Positions 53,046-64,000 of a DNA stretch of 64,000 nt are shown piece by piece. The position numbers and the translations under genes are program-made. Source of the stretch: Eledone cirrhosa (taxonomy: Eukaryota); contig OZ024752.1 of the NCBI GenBank assembly GCA_964016885.1, positions 13,206,001 to 13,270,000 of the forward strand. Direction: 5' to 3'. The notes under the pieces are model-generated. The model worked only from the letters and a program-made list of their open reading frames with translations. It had not been told where the DNA came from and did no database searches. Position 1 is the first letter of the stretch. Every line of letters starts with the position of its first letter.

Positions 53046-55380
53046 TTATGTGGGAGTTGAACGCCTTGAGTAGTAATGGGCAGTACGGTTATCAATTTCA
53101 TGTTTTCCAACCAGTGCTGTTAATCCTCTGTCCCCAGGGCTTCTTCGTCTGTATGATGGGTATCCGTCATCAGCAGTTTGAGTTTCGCGAAGGAAGGCTT
53201 TTGGTATTTTTTGGCACAAATACCGTTGTTCAAACACCGGGTCTAGATTTGAAGCCACGTCCACAAGGACTGTGAACTATGTGCGCCGTAACCCTGTCAA
53301 ATAGGGTTTTGTCAGTTTGCGGGTTTGGAAGCTCTGCGGATATAATCTTGTCGACGTCGTCTGCTCTGATTTTTGTCGACAACCAAATAAGAATGTGAGC
53401 ATGGGGGAGTCCCCGCTTCTGCCATTCAATTGTGTACATGTAACATTGCACACGTCCAAATACCTGGCCCTTTGTGATAAGGTCCATTAGTTTGTATACT
53501 TTTATCTCGATACTCTGGATGAGAGGTCATGGCGACCGCTGGGCTGTTGTCCTGGAAGGAGTTCATGGGAAATTTCTTGCCATGAAGGATTGCATGTAAA
53601 AGTAATAAATAGGTCTGGTTTGCCGTACTCGCGCACATACGTCATTGCGTCCTGGGTTCTTGAATGCACACAACGGGGACTTCCTTCGAAGGTTGAAGGT
53701 AAAATGCAAACTTTTCCAATGTTATCTGGGTTTTCATTATTGTTCATTCCATCAAGTAGGTGAATGTAATCGTCGCACCGTAGTTTTGTCTGGTTTAATC
53801 TTATGAAGCACAGTCGTTCAGTCTCCATTTTCTACAGCAAATTGGTCGAATAGTTGGTGTGAACGATGAAGGTGGTTAAAGCAGTTGTCGCAGGTCATGA
53901 AGTGGTAGGCATAGAATTGCATGCAAGACACTGTCTTATTGGTAGGTTGGTCAGGTGCCAGTGGGTTGAACTGCGGAATTGTGGTGTGGTATCCGTTTTC
54001 ACCACGCGGAAAGAGAAGTGGATACATCAGTGCATCGTAGAATCTGTGTATCTCACTGATCCATTGAAGGGTGTTGTCACGACGTTTAAGAACAACATCT
54101 CTTCTGTTGTGTTGATCACCATGGAGGACTATAGCAACTTTATTGCATACGGGTGGATTGTAGCGACCGGCATGTTCTCAGGGTAGTCTTTCTTCAGCAT
54201 TGAGAACCAAGTTGAAGTTGTTTAAAGGTGCATTTTCCAGGGTGTATTTGAAGCTAAACACGTAACTGTTGTTCGTATGTAGCATTTCTTGAAGTTGAAT
54301 TAGCAGCTCTGGGTTAGTTTGGGGTGAAACGGCTTTCCGTCTCTTTGCCTGTTCTCGGTAGTCAGCAATGAAGTAAATCTGAAGGAAGTTGTGCTCTGCT
54401 TTTGCCACAGGTAAGAGTGTTCCGATCCTGTGGTAAACCTGCCCCTGCACTTTGAAAGTAGGCATAAATCCACCTTCATTGACAATGTTTGATCCGAAAG
54501 AGGTCATTTGGAAGGCGCAGTTGTACTGACGAATTTCACGAAGAAATTTTCTCGACTCCGACGTCGCGGCTGTCAGTAGGAACTTCAACGGCTGAGGGGG
54601 CTCCTGAAGAAGGAGCAGTTTGACTTAACCATTGGCGCAGCACATTCCTTTAGCTTCCCCTGGCCATTTTTAGCATTGTAAAGCGGGCAAATTGTAGACA
54701 TTTACGGAAGTGGTAAAAAAGTAGCTAAAAAAAAATAAGCTTAACGTTAAAGAACTGTTGTAGCATGAATTAATGTGTCAGGATATACACAGTTAAGAGA
54801 TAGGCGTAAGTGAAACCACACGCACGTACACACACACACACACTTACGCACGCAAACGCTCAAATGCACGCAAACTCATGCACGCACGTGTGCACGTACA
54901 CACACATGTTAATAGATTTAACTCTTACTGGAACGCTGCACGAACACACACACACACACACGCGCACGCACACACACGCGCACGCACACACACACGCACA
55001 CACGCACGCATGTTAATTAGTTATAGTTTTCTTTCCCTCCTGCCACTGTCATGTATCAAACGCAGCATCTGTCGCTCTCTCTCTCTCTCTCTCCCGCTAT
55101 CCCCCTCCTTTAGTCTGTCTGTTTCTTTCATTCTCACTCTTTCTTTTTCATTTTTATAGATATAGAGATTCTTTCTATTCAAAGTCGTACCTATAGTCAG
55201 TTTTATCGATTTTTTTACCTGAACAAAGGAGGAGTCAATCATTCGCAATGTCGTGCCGACCTGCCCTGATAAATTTGTGATTGATTACAAAAAGAATTTT
55301 GAAAATCGGCCTTGCGGATCAAAAGATGCTGCGGAACAGACACACACACACACAGACATTTTCATTTTTATAGATATAGA
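53046..55380 (-). mobile_element. Decayed Helitron (5' end plus Rep domain; helicase absent)
   Basis: FKVQGQVYHRIG, YPLLFPRGE, YGKPDLFITFTCNP, IEWQKRGLPHAHILIWL (HUH) and DGYPSYRRR motifs over several frames. A|TCTATATCTATAAAAATG 5' end at 55380. Confidence 0.9.
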
Positions 55381-55844
55381 TATGTGTGTGTATATGTGTG
55401 TATATGTGTATGCTTTAAATCCTTTAAATCTTTATCAACACTCCTTCGCTCCCACACTCATTAACACCGCACCCACCCTCGAGACACATCCAAATCTCTT
55501 ATATAGAGAGTCACACACCACAACACAACCTGATCTCAGTTTGTCATCGCCACCGCCGAATGCGAGAAAGTTTTCCAGGAAAATTAACCAGGAATCTTTA
55601 AAATTAACAAAGAACTAGATCTACCAACTCATCTGTCTGACTCCCTAAAACTCGAGAACCACCCAACCGATTGTTTTCAAACTTTACACATGTAACACCT
55701 ATGGTACTCTGAGTGTTTTGAACAAAGAAAATTTCAGATTTTCAATGCCTTAGGGACCGCATTAGGCGATTTAGCGATTTCTCTCTATAATTCTTAGTCT
55801 TTCTTTTAGATAGATACATAGATATAACGTTGCGCCCTTATAAT

Positions 55845-56031
55845 TGTTTCTACTTTAGGCACAAGGCCAGCAATTACCCAGTGCGTTACTGGTACTTTAT
55901 TTCATCGACCCCGTAAGGATGAAAGGCAAAGTCAACCTCGGCGGGATTTGAACTCAGATCGTAAAGGGACGTAACTATGCTGGAAAGCATGGCGTCCGAC
56001 CCTCTACCGATACTGCCAATCCACCGCCCTT
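55845..56031 (-). mobile_element. Full-length SINE family A copy with a 16-bp TSD
   Basis: GTTGCGCCCTTATAAT at 55829-55844 and at 56032-56047. Confidence 0.9.
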
Positions 56032-56267
56032 GTTGCGCCCTTATAATATCTGTCTGTATGTCTGCATTATGACATTATGACGCTATATGTGTGTGTGTGT
56101 GTATATATATGTATATATAGTGTGTGTGTATATATATATAGAATGTGTAACGTTTTTCCAAATATTTACTTCTGCGTTTACAGATTAATTTTTCTAATTT
56201 CAGAAGATTCCGTTATGGCTGAAAGCAGCGATTCTTTGCTTAAACTTTAATCTGTTATTTTAATAAA

Positions 56268-56355
<88 letters not shown>

Positions 56356-56455
56356 AATTAAATCAAATTGTTTGGAGGTACAAGTGAAGTCATTCTTTTC
56401 CTTTTTTCAAATATATCTAACTGCACCAAGGATTTCACACATTTTCCAATATACA

Positions 56456-56500
<45 letters not shown>

Positions 56501-56504
<4 letters not shown>

Positions 56505-56756
56505 CTGTATATAAACCTGTAGGTTGAAGAAGAGAGCAAAAGGAAGAAAGGTGCACTTGCATAACACGCTCCTGAAGTTGAGGGTTGTTCTATCTACGGG
56601 GTATTAAATAACCCATTTGTGGCGCCTCCCCCTATTGTGGATTTCGATTGTTATAATTGTTTGTTTCAATATTTTTACACGACTGTATGTAAAATCCGCG
56701 GCATATGTCTTTGTTTTGTCCCCCTGTTCTTGTCCGCCCTTGTGGCTAATAAAGAA

Positions 56757-56822
<66 letters not shown>

Positions 56823-56996
56823 TTTTTTTCTTTTTCGGGGGTATGTGTTACCCATATAAACTGTCTCCCTCTATTGGGGAAAATCGACTAACTTTTTAAA
56901 TTCCATTTGTGATAAAATTTTACACGTTTTTATTGTATGTAAACTTCCCCCTTTGTACTTGTCCCCTTCTTTTGTGCCCCTGTGGCTAATAAAGAA

Positions 56997-56997
<1 letters not shown>
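56501..56997 (+). mobile_element. Two 5'-truncated Tx1 3' ends in tandem
   Basis: 56501-56757 and 56822-56997 both end TGTGGCTAATAAAGAAA followed by (ATCT)n. The second closely matches 62590-62760. Confidence 0.85.
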
Positions 56998-57036
<39 letters not shown>

Positions 57037-60000
57037 GGTTTTACTTGAGACGTGTGCCAGTTCGCTGGTAAATTTTTGTTGATTTTCTAAGTAAGAAATC
57101 AAAAATTTATTGTTAAATTTATTACTATTTTATAGCTTGACCCCACGTCTGGACTTTCACCCTGGGGTGAAATTTTCGTTTTGAAAAGAATTTCGCCGGT
57201 GAAAAAAAAAGTGTAAACAAACCTTGCACTCAGTCATGAACGCTGCGTTCATAACTAGAAGTGGTGGAGAGGCGGTAAGCGTATTAAGTTCGCAGTCACC
57301 TCCTCTCACCACTTCATTGAAAGACATCGAAAATGTCGTCAGTTTTGAAAACGCGATGTCGGACGTTGATTGTAACATCAACACTAACACAAACACCAAT
57401 AACATGCAAAATATAAACAACACCAACCAGAACAACAACAACAATAATGACAACAAGAACAACAACAGCAACAATGATAACAACACCACCACCACCACCA
57501 CCAACAACAACGATAACAACAACACCACCAACAACAGCAGCAACACGAACAACTCCACGAACAAGGAACAGATTTCTTTTGCTCAAACCGTCCAAAAGAC
57601 GGAACTGTTCACATACCTTGACATTTCCAATGCTAGGGAAATGTTAAGCGATGCAAAGCAGTATGTAACTTTTGGTGAGAGTGGTGCTTTCAGCATCACT
57701 TCTCCTCAACAGTTACGCAGAGAAACTGTTCTAAAAACAGTAATTTTTAGGACGGTCTCAAATGTGTCGAAAAAACCAGTTCAGTTATCCCAAAACGATA
57801 TTGAACTGGTTCTGAAGAATTCCATGAAGGATATTGCCTTCATCCAAAAAGGGAAACTTTTTGGAAGCATTTCGGTGTTGTTGAAAGACCAATTGACAGC
57901 ACAAAAATATTCTGTATCGCCGATTTTGTCCCCCCTTTACACCTTTTTCCCCACATATATGGGAAAAAGAACTAAAAAAATAAAAATTTTGAACATTGCA
58001 CCAAATGTAAACGTCTGGTGGATTCTAACTGGCTTCATCGATTTCGACGGAGACACCATCATTTCGGTGGGAAAGTCCTCCAGAAGCACATTCAATGGTA
58101 CAAGCATGGAAGTTCTGGTCCAAATGAGGCCAGAACGGATAGCTAAAATACCCCAACTGTGCCTCTGGATGGAATTTCACACACAAACATTTCTGTTGAG
58201 GGTAGGCGGCCTTCATGTTACCACCGTTTAAGCAGTGGTCACCTGAAGGCTTACTGTCCTCAGTTAAATAAAAAAAAAGAGGCACTACTGCCAACGGCCA
58301 AAACAACAACACAACCATTACCACCACCACCACCACCACAACAACAACACGCAAACACAACCAAAACAAGAACAACAAACCAACCTGCAAGCACAGTCCC
58401 ACCTAAAACCACTGCAAAAACACCCACAAACACAACAGCTCCCCAAAACATACCCCTTCCAAATAACACAGAGACCACAACGGACGAGGCCCCCACATCA
58501 TCACCAAGTGATGATGAGGGAGAGCCTCTCCGTTCGAAAAGAAAGAAGAAAAGACACGAACAAAAAAAAAACAAACAAAAAAACAACAAACATCACTACA
58601 AACATACAACCACCAACACAAACAACACAAACATTACAAACAAAAACCCCCCGTCCCGAAAACAAAACCACGACATCACTCCAAACACCTACAACAAAAC
58701 GAAAGCTCCCACAAGAACAACAGACAAAAACCGCCGCAACACAACAAGAACATTACACATACATAAATAGTAAAAACAAAACTTTAATGGAGGTCATCTC
58801 CAACGACCCTTCGGTGAAAACCGAAGGGAAAACTTTTTCGAACTGTGTAGACAAACCTAATTTAAAGATGATTAGGGTCCCTACGGACACCTATTAGTCT
58901 TTAAAGGAAAACTTTCCTAAGGACGTGGGTAATCCTTGTGTTAAACCCATTAACCGCGCCCTTTTAAAAAGTTTCCCCACCCTCATCCCAGACACCTCAC
59001 CGCACCAACATCTCCGTCCCCACCCCGCCGGAAACCACCACCCACCCAGACAACTCCTCTAACACCCCCATGGAAACCGTGCGGCCTGATCCCGGGAGAC
59101 GAAGAGGTGAGTGTTTTCTTCTCCTCTTTTAACTTTTCAGAACCAACATGGCCAATATAAGAGTTGGGTGTGTGTATGTACGCGGCCTGGGGATGCCCTG
59201 GAAACAGGGCAAACTCTTAAACGACCTCAGGTCGCACAGTATGGATGTAGTAGCCATTTCGAGTCCAGGATCCACAGCGAGCGACAGATGGTCCCCATCT
59301 TCGATGACTTTGAGATCTACGCATCTCTCTGTCAGCCGGGGGTGGGGGCGGGGTTGCCGTTTTGCTGCGGAAACACCTGGGCCTCGTAACACAGACGGTA
59401 CATCTGAACCCGGAGGGTCGGCTGGTGGTCCTAGACGTTGACGGTAGTGAAGGTGGAGCCTTCAGGCTGGTGGCCGCATATGCCCCATCCGAGACACCAC
59501 GGCCAGACTTCTTCAAACGGCTAGAGACTTTTCTGAGAACGTCCCGCTCCTTGCTTTTAGTGGGGGGACTGGAATGGAATCCTAGAAGCACGGTGGGACT
59601 ATGTGGGAGCATGTCCCGATAAAGGGGGGTGTAACATCCTCAAACAGTTAATCGGCCGATTTGACTTGGCTGATAGATATCGACTAGATTTTCCGACTGT
59701 GCCACTGTGGAAGTGGACTAATCATAGCGGAACATCTAGATCGTACCTGGATAGGGTTCTAGTTAGAAATAAGGATAGGGACATGTTAAGCTGTACACAA
59801 ATGTTCATGGTTGCCTATTCAGATAACAAACTAGTGACCTGCATGGTCAACCTTAATAGAACCCATAGACAAGGACCCGGCTACTGGAAGCTGAACTTGT
59901 CGTTACCGACATGCAAAGCCTACAGTAGACGGATTAGCACTTTAGTTAAACAGCACTTGACAGCCGCCATTGTTAACAACAGATGGTGGTACTCTCTCAA

Positions 60001-62760
60001 GAGGGCAGTTAGATTAGACTCGTTAGTTTTTAGTAAAGAATTAGCGTTAGATAGAAATAGAACCGAGAAAGAACTGGTAGATAAAGTAGAAGAGGCAAGT
60101 AGAAGTGGCAATGTAGCCAGCGTGCTAGCAACGAGAACGGCTTTGGACCAGTTCTTCGACGCAAATCATGAGGGCTGCGTTGTCAGAAGCAAAATACGTG
60201 CTCTGGGAAACGAGGGAGCCAAAGATGTTAGCTGGGCCCGAGTGACGGAGGAAAAAAGTGGCAACAAGTCCACGATCCGGTCTTTGAAGGACCAAAACGG
60301 ACGCGTGATACGTGAGCCGAAGCAGATGTGTGCGGCCTTTCAGCGGCACTTTGCTCGGCTGTTCGGGCAGGGCGGCCTACCGCGACTCTCGGACAGCGAG
60401 GCAAAGTTCTGCGAAAGGCCGATTTCAGCCGCTGAGATAGAGGACGCGTTGAGCCAATGCGGCAAACGCAAATCTCCAGGTCTTGACGGTCTATCCTACG
60501 AATTTTATGTAGCAATGCCGGACTTATTCTCCGGTCTCCTGGAAGCGGTCTACTGCAACTGGCAACAGAACGGGAGAATTCCCAGTTCTGTGACCGGGGG
60601 CGTAGTCACACTAGTCAGGAAGGACGAGAATAAGGGGGATGACATAGGCAACTTCCGGCCCATAACTCTGCTAAACACAGAGTTACAGATTTTGGCCAAG
60701 ATGTTGGCAAAGAGGCTGGCGCTTGTCGTCGAGAACCTGGTGGGCAGACATGCGCAATCCCGACCAGGTCCATACACGACAACCTCCACCTCATGCGATA
60801 CATCATAGAGAGGGTAGGGTGTAAACCCGGCTTCGGTGGGGCCCTGATCAACTTGGATCAGTCTAAGGCTTTCGATAGGGTTGACCATCGTTACCTGGAT
60901 GCAGTGCTCGAGGCGGCAGGCTTCGGACCCGTGTTCAGGAGCTGGATTGCTGCAATGCATAACAGCAACATCTGCTCAAGGGTTAAGGTGAACGGCTACC
61001 TCTCGGAGCCGTTCCATATCACGCAATCCATTCGACAGGGATGCCCCCTCTCCTCCCTTCTGTACGTATTGACTCTCGAGCCACTACTGCGGAAGTTGGA
61101 GCTATTGCAGGGCATCCCTCTGGAACCGGGACTGCGGAAAGCGGCGTCGGCCTACGCCGACGACTTGACAGTAATGGTGTCGAGCGCCTCGCAAATCGAG
61201 GAGGTCGGCACCTTACTAAAGGAATACGAAAGGTTCACAGGAGCGAAGCTGAACCGGGACAAGTCCATCGGTTTGCAACTCGGATCGTGGAGAGGCAGAC
61301 CGATGCCTTCCGATGGCATCGTCGGACGCTGGACGGAAAGACCAGTAAAGCTGCTCGGGGTCTGGTTTGATCCGGACCTCCAGGTGAAGAAGAACTGGAA
61401 CGAGGTGTCGACCCAGAAGTGGGCCGAGTGCAAACTATCCTTGAAAGGTCGAGCCGAGGTGGCGAACACTTTTATAACGTCCGCCATCTACTACCGCTTG
61501 ACTGTCGTGCCTTGTCCAGCCAAAATGCTCGCCAAAATGGAGCGCGCGCTCTTCCAATTCCTTTGGAAGAGGCGGGCTCCTTTGTTAAGAAGATCCATCT
61601 GCTGCCAACGCCCTTCCAACGGAGAGCTGAGGATGCCGTGGCTGACGATGCGCAAACACGCACTCAGGCTGCGGCATCTCTACGTATTCCTCTCCGGACA
61701 ACCGGTGTGGGCCCCGTTCGTGAGGCGAGCCTTCCCACGACTCGTCTCGCTGATCGAGCTGCAGTCCTGGGTCAAGAAAAGACCGAGGAAAATGATGGGC
61801 GACTGGCACATCGAATGTTCTCAGGCGCTCACAGCCCTCTGGCAGGCGGAGCCGGCGATCAGTGGAGACTCCACTTCGTCATTATATAGAGGGTTGATCC
61901 GCAGCAAGTGCGACGACGTGCTCGGTGAAAGTCTGGGCGTAGAGGAAGACGAATTGGCCAGTCTGTTCGGCTGGACCTTCCGTCCGGGACCGATGGACAA
62001 CTTCAAAAAGTCCCTGGCCTGGCAGTGCTACCGAGGAGCTCTACCAGTTAGAGACAAGCTCTACAGACATGGGCGCCCGGGCAGGGACCCTGCAAAAAAG
62101 ATCTGTCCGAGGTGCGTACGAGACGAAGAAACCGTCGCGCACGCATTCATACACTCCCCGGGCGTCACCGACCTGTGGGGCTATGTGGAACGACTATTGT
62201 CGCGGGTGGGACCAATCCAGTTGACCACCGAGTCCATTGTCATGATCAAACCGCCACCCTCCTTCAAAAACGAAGGAGAGGCGGTTTTCCTTTGTGTGAT
62301 AGCTATGGCGAAAGAGGTTGTATGGTGGACAAGGTTGAAAGGGCTGAGGTCAGACACCTTTCTCTCCGGCCAACAACTGATTCATTTTTTCAAATACCAC
62401 TTTGGAAGAAGAATCAGGATGGAGAGAGAGGTGCTGTACCCCAGCAAGTTTTATGAAAGGTGGGTGAAAGTGGCGAGAATGGCCCGAGTGAATGGGCCTT
62501 CTCTCTATATCAGCCTCTAGGTTGAGGAAAAAGAGGAGGAGAGGAAGGGAGTACAAACTCTTCGTACTCCTGGAGATGAGGGTTGCACATTTTTTTTTCG
62601 GGGGTATGTGTTACCCATATGTAATGTCTCCTCCTATTGGGGAAAAATCGATTAATTTTTAAATTGCATTTGTAATAATATTTTACACGTTTTTATTGTA
62701 TGTAAACTTCCCCCTTTGTATTTGTCCCCTTATTTTGTGCCCCTGTGGCTAATAAAGAAA
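57037..62760 (+). mobile_element. Full-length Tx1/L1-clade LINE, frameshifted
   Basis: ORF1 about 57224-58897 with degenerate knuckle CYH(R)LSSGHLKAYC. ORF2 59148-62520 has APE (VRGL, YAP, SYLDRV, SD, GPGYWKLN), RT (SPGLDG, NFRPITLLN, LDQSKAFDRV, RQGCPLS, YADD) and C-terminal CPRC..EETVAH. Confidence 0.95.
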
Positions 62761-62855
62761 CATATCTATCTCTCTATCTCTCTATCTATCTATCTATCTC
62801 TCTCTCTATATATAGAACATGTTCGCTCTACATGGCTGAATACTATAAATGTAAT

Positions 62856-63177
62856 CTGAGTTTTTCGAATATTAATAATAATATTCGATTTGTTTGCAAT
62901 TATGCAAACAAGACTCACTTTTAAAGCCATGTCAGTAGAATGAGTCCTCCATTCTTGCTCTTGTGTTGGAATGTAAACAGAACTGCAGACACTAATGTTT
63001 CCCGGTATTACCCTTCATCAGTACAGCTCACTGTCACCTGCAAACCTGCAGTTCTGTTTACATGTCAACACGAGAGCAAGAATGAGGACTCATTCTACTG
63101 ACATGGCTTTAAAAGTGAGGCTTGTTTGCATAATTGCAAACAAATCGAATATTATTATTAATATTCGAAAAACTCAG
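62856..63177 (-). repeat. About 132-bp inverted repeat enclosing a hammerhead-like core (probable mini-PLE)
   Basis: Arms are 62856-62988 and 63046-63177. The spacer reads CTGATGA-AGGGTAATACCGG-GAAA-CATTA on the reverse strand. Confidence 0.7.
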
Positions 63178-63179
63178 GC

Positions 63180-63230
<51 letters not shown>

Positions 63231-63387
63231 CTGCTCTGTTAAACAACCGATGTTATTACATTGAGGTATTTATCTTACTGGTAATAAGATAGTAATTAAT
63301 GACTATCTTTCACTATTTAGGGTTTGTATAAAAATATATAACCATAAAAGGTTTTATTACATACATAACCATAAATAGTATCCTTAA

Positions 63388-63437
<50 letters not shown>

Positions 63438-63578
63438 GTGTGTGTTTGGCCTTTAACGTATGTTGTAGCTCTGATTCATATGAATCATCGAGCGCTTGCC
63501 ACACATCTCGGAAGTTGTTTTTCGTTAATTCCTGAGCTGAAATACGATTCTCGCTAATTTATATTTATATATATACAT

Positions 63579-63651
<73 letters not shown>

Positions 63652-63674
63652 TATATATACATATATATATATAC

Positions 63675-63709
<35 letters not shown>

Positions 63710-63750
63710 GATATATATATACATATATATATATACATATATATATATAC

Positions 63751-63827
<77 letters not shown>

Positions 63828-63852
63828 GGTGTGTGTATATATATATATATAC

Positions 63853-63929
<77 letters not shown>

Positions 63930-63930
63930 G

Positions 63931-63994
<64 letters not shown>

Positions 63995-64000
63995 ATACAT

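Overview
This is an AT-rich, repeat-dense animal genomic window with no prokaryotic features. The SINE and microsatellite landscape suggests a coleoid cephalopod such as an octopus (inference). The only host gene I can support is the 5' end of CFAP44/WDR52 on the minus strand. It has an ATG-only first coding exon behind two RFX X-boxes, plus two further exons separated by a U12-type (minor spliceosome) intron. The rest is mostly mobile DNA and simple repeats: several Penelope-like elements (PLEs), a full-length but frameshifted Tx1/L1 element, R4/Dong, CRE, RTE and CR1 fragments, Helitron, pogo and hAT relics, tRNA-derived SINEs and a 19-bp minisatellite. Three signals stand out. (i) About ten hammerhead-ribozyme cores belong to several PLE-like families. 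(ii) PLE insertions repeatedly have fold-back (inverted) 5' ends, and two of these are centred on what looks like hammerhead stem II. (iii) Different retroelement families sit in different microsatellites: PLE in (TA)n, Tx1 in (ATCT)n, R4-like in (TACA)n. Most ORFs in the supplied track are translations of microsatellites. All family assignments come from motif recognition by eye, not database searches.
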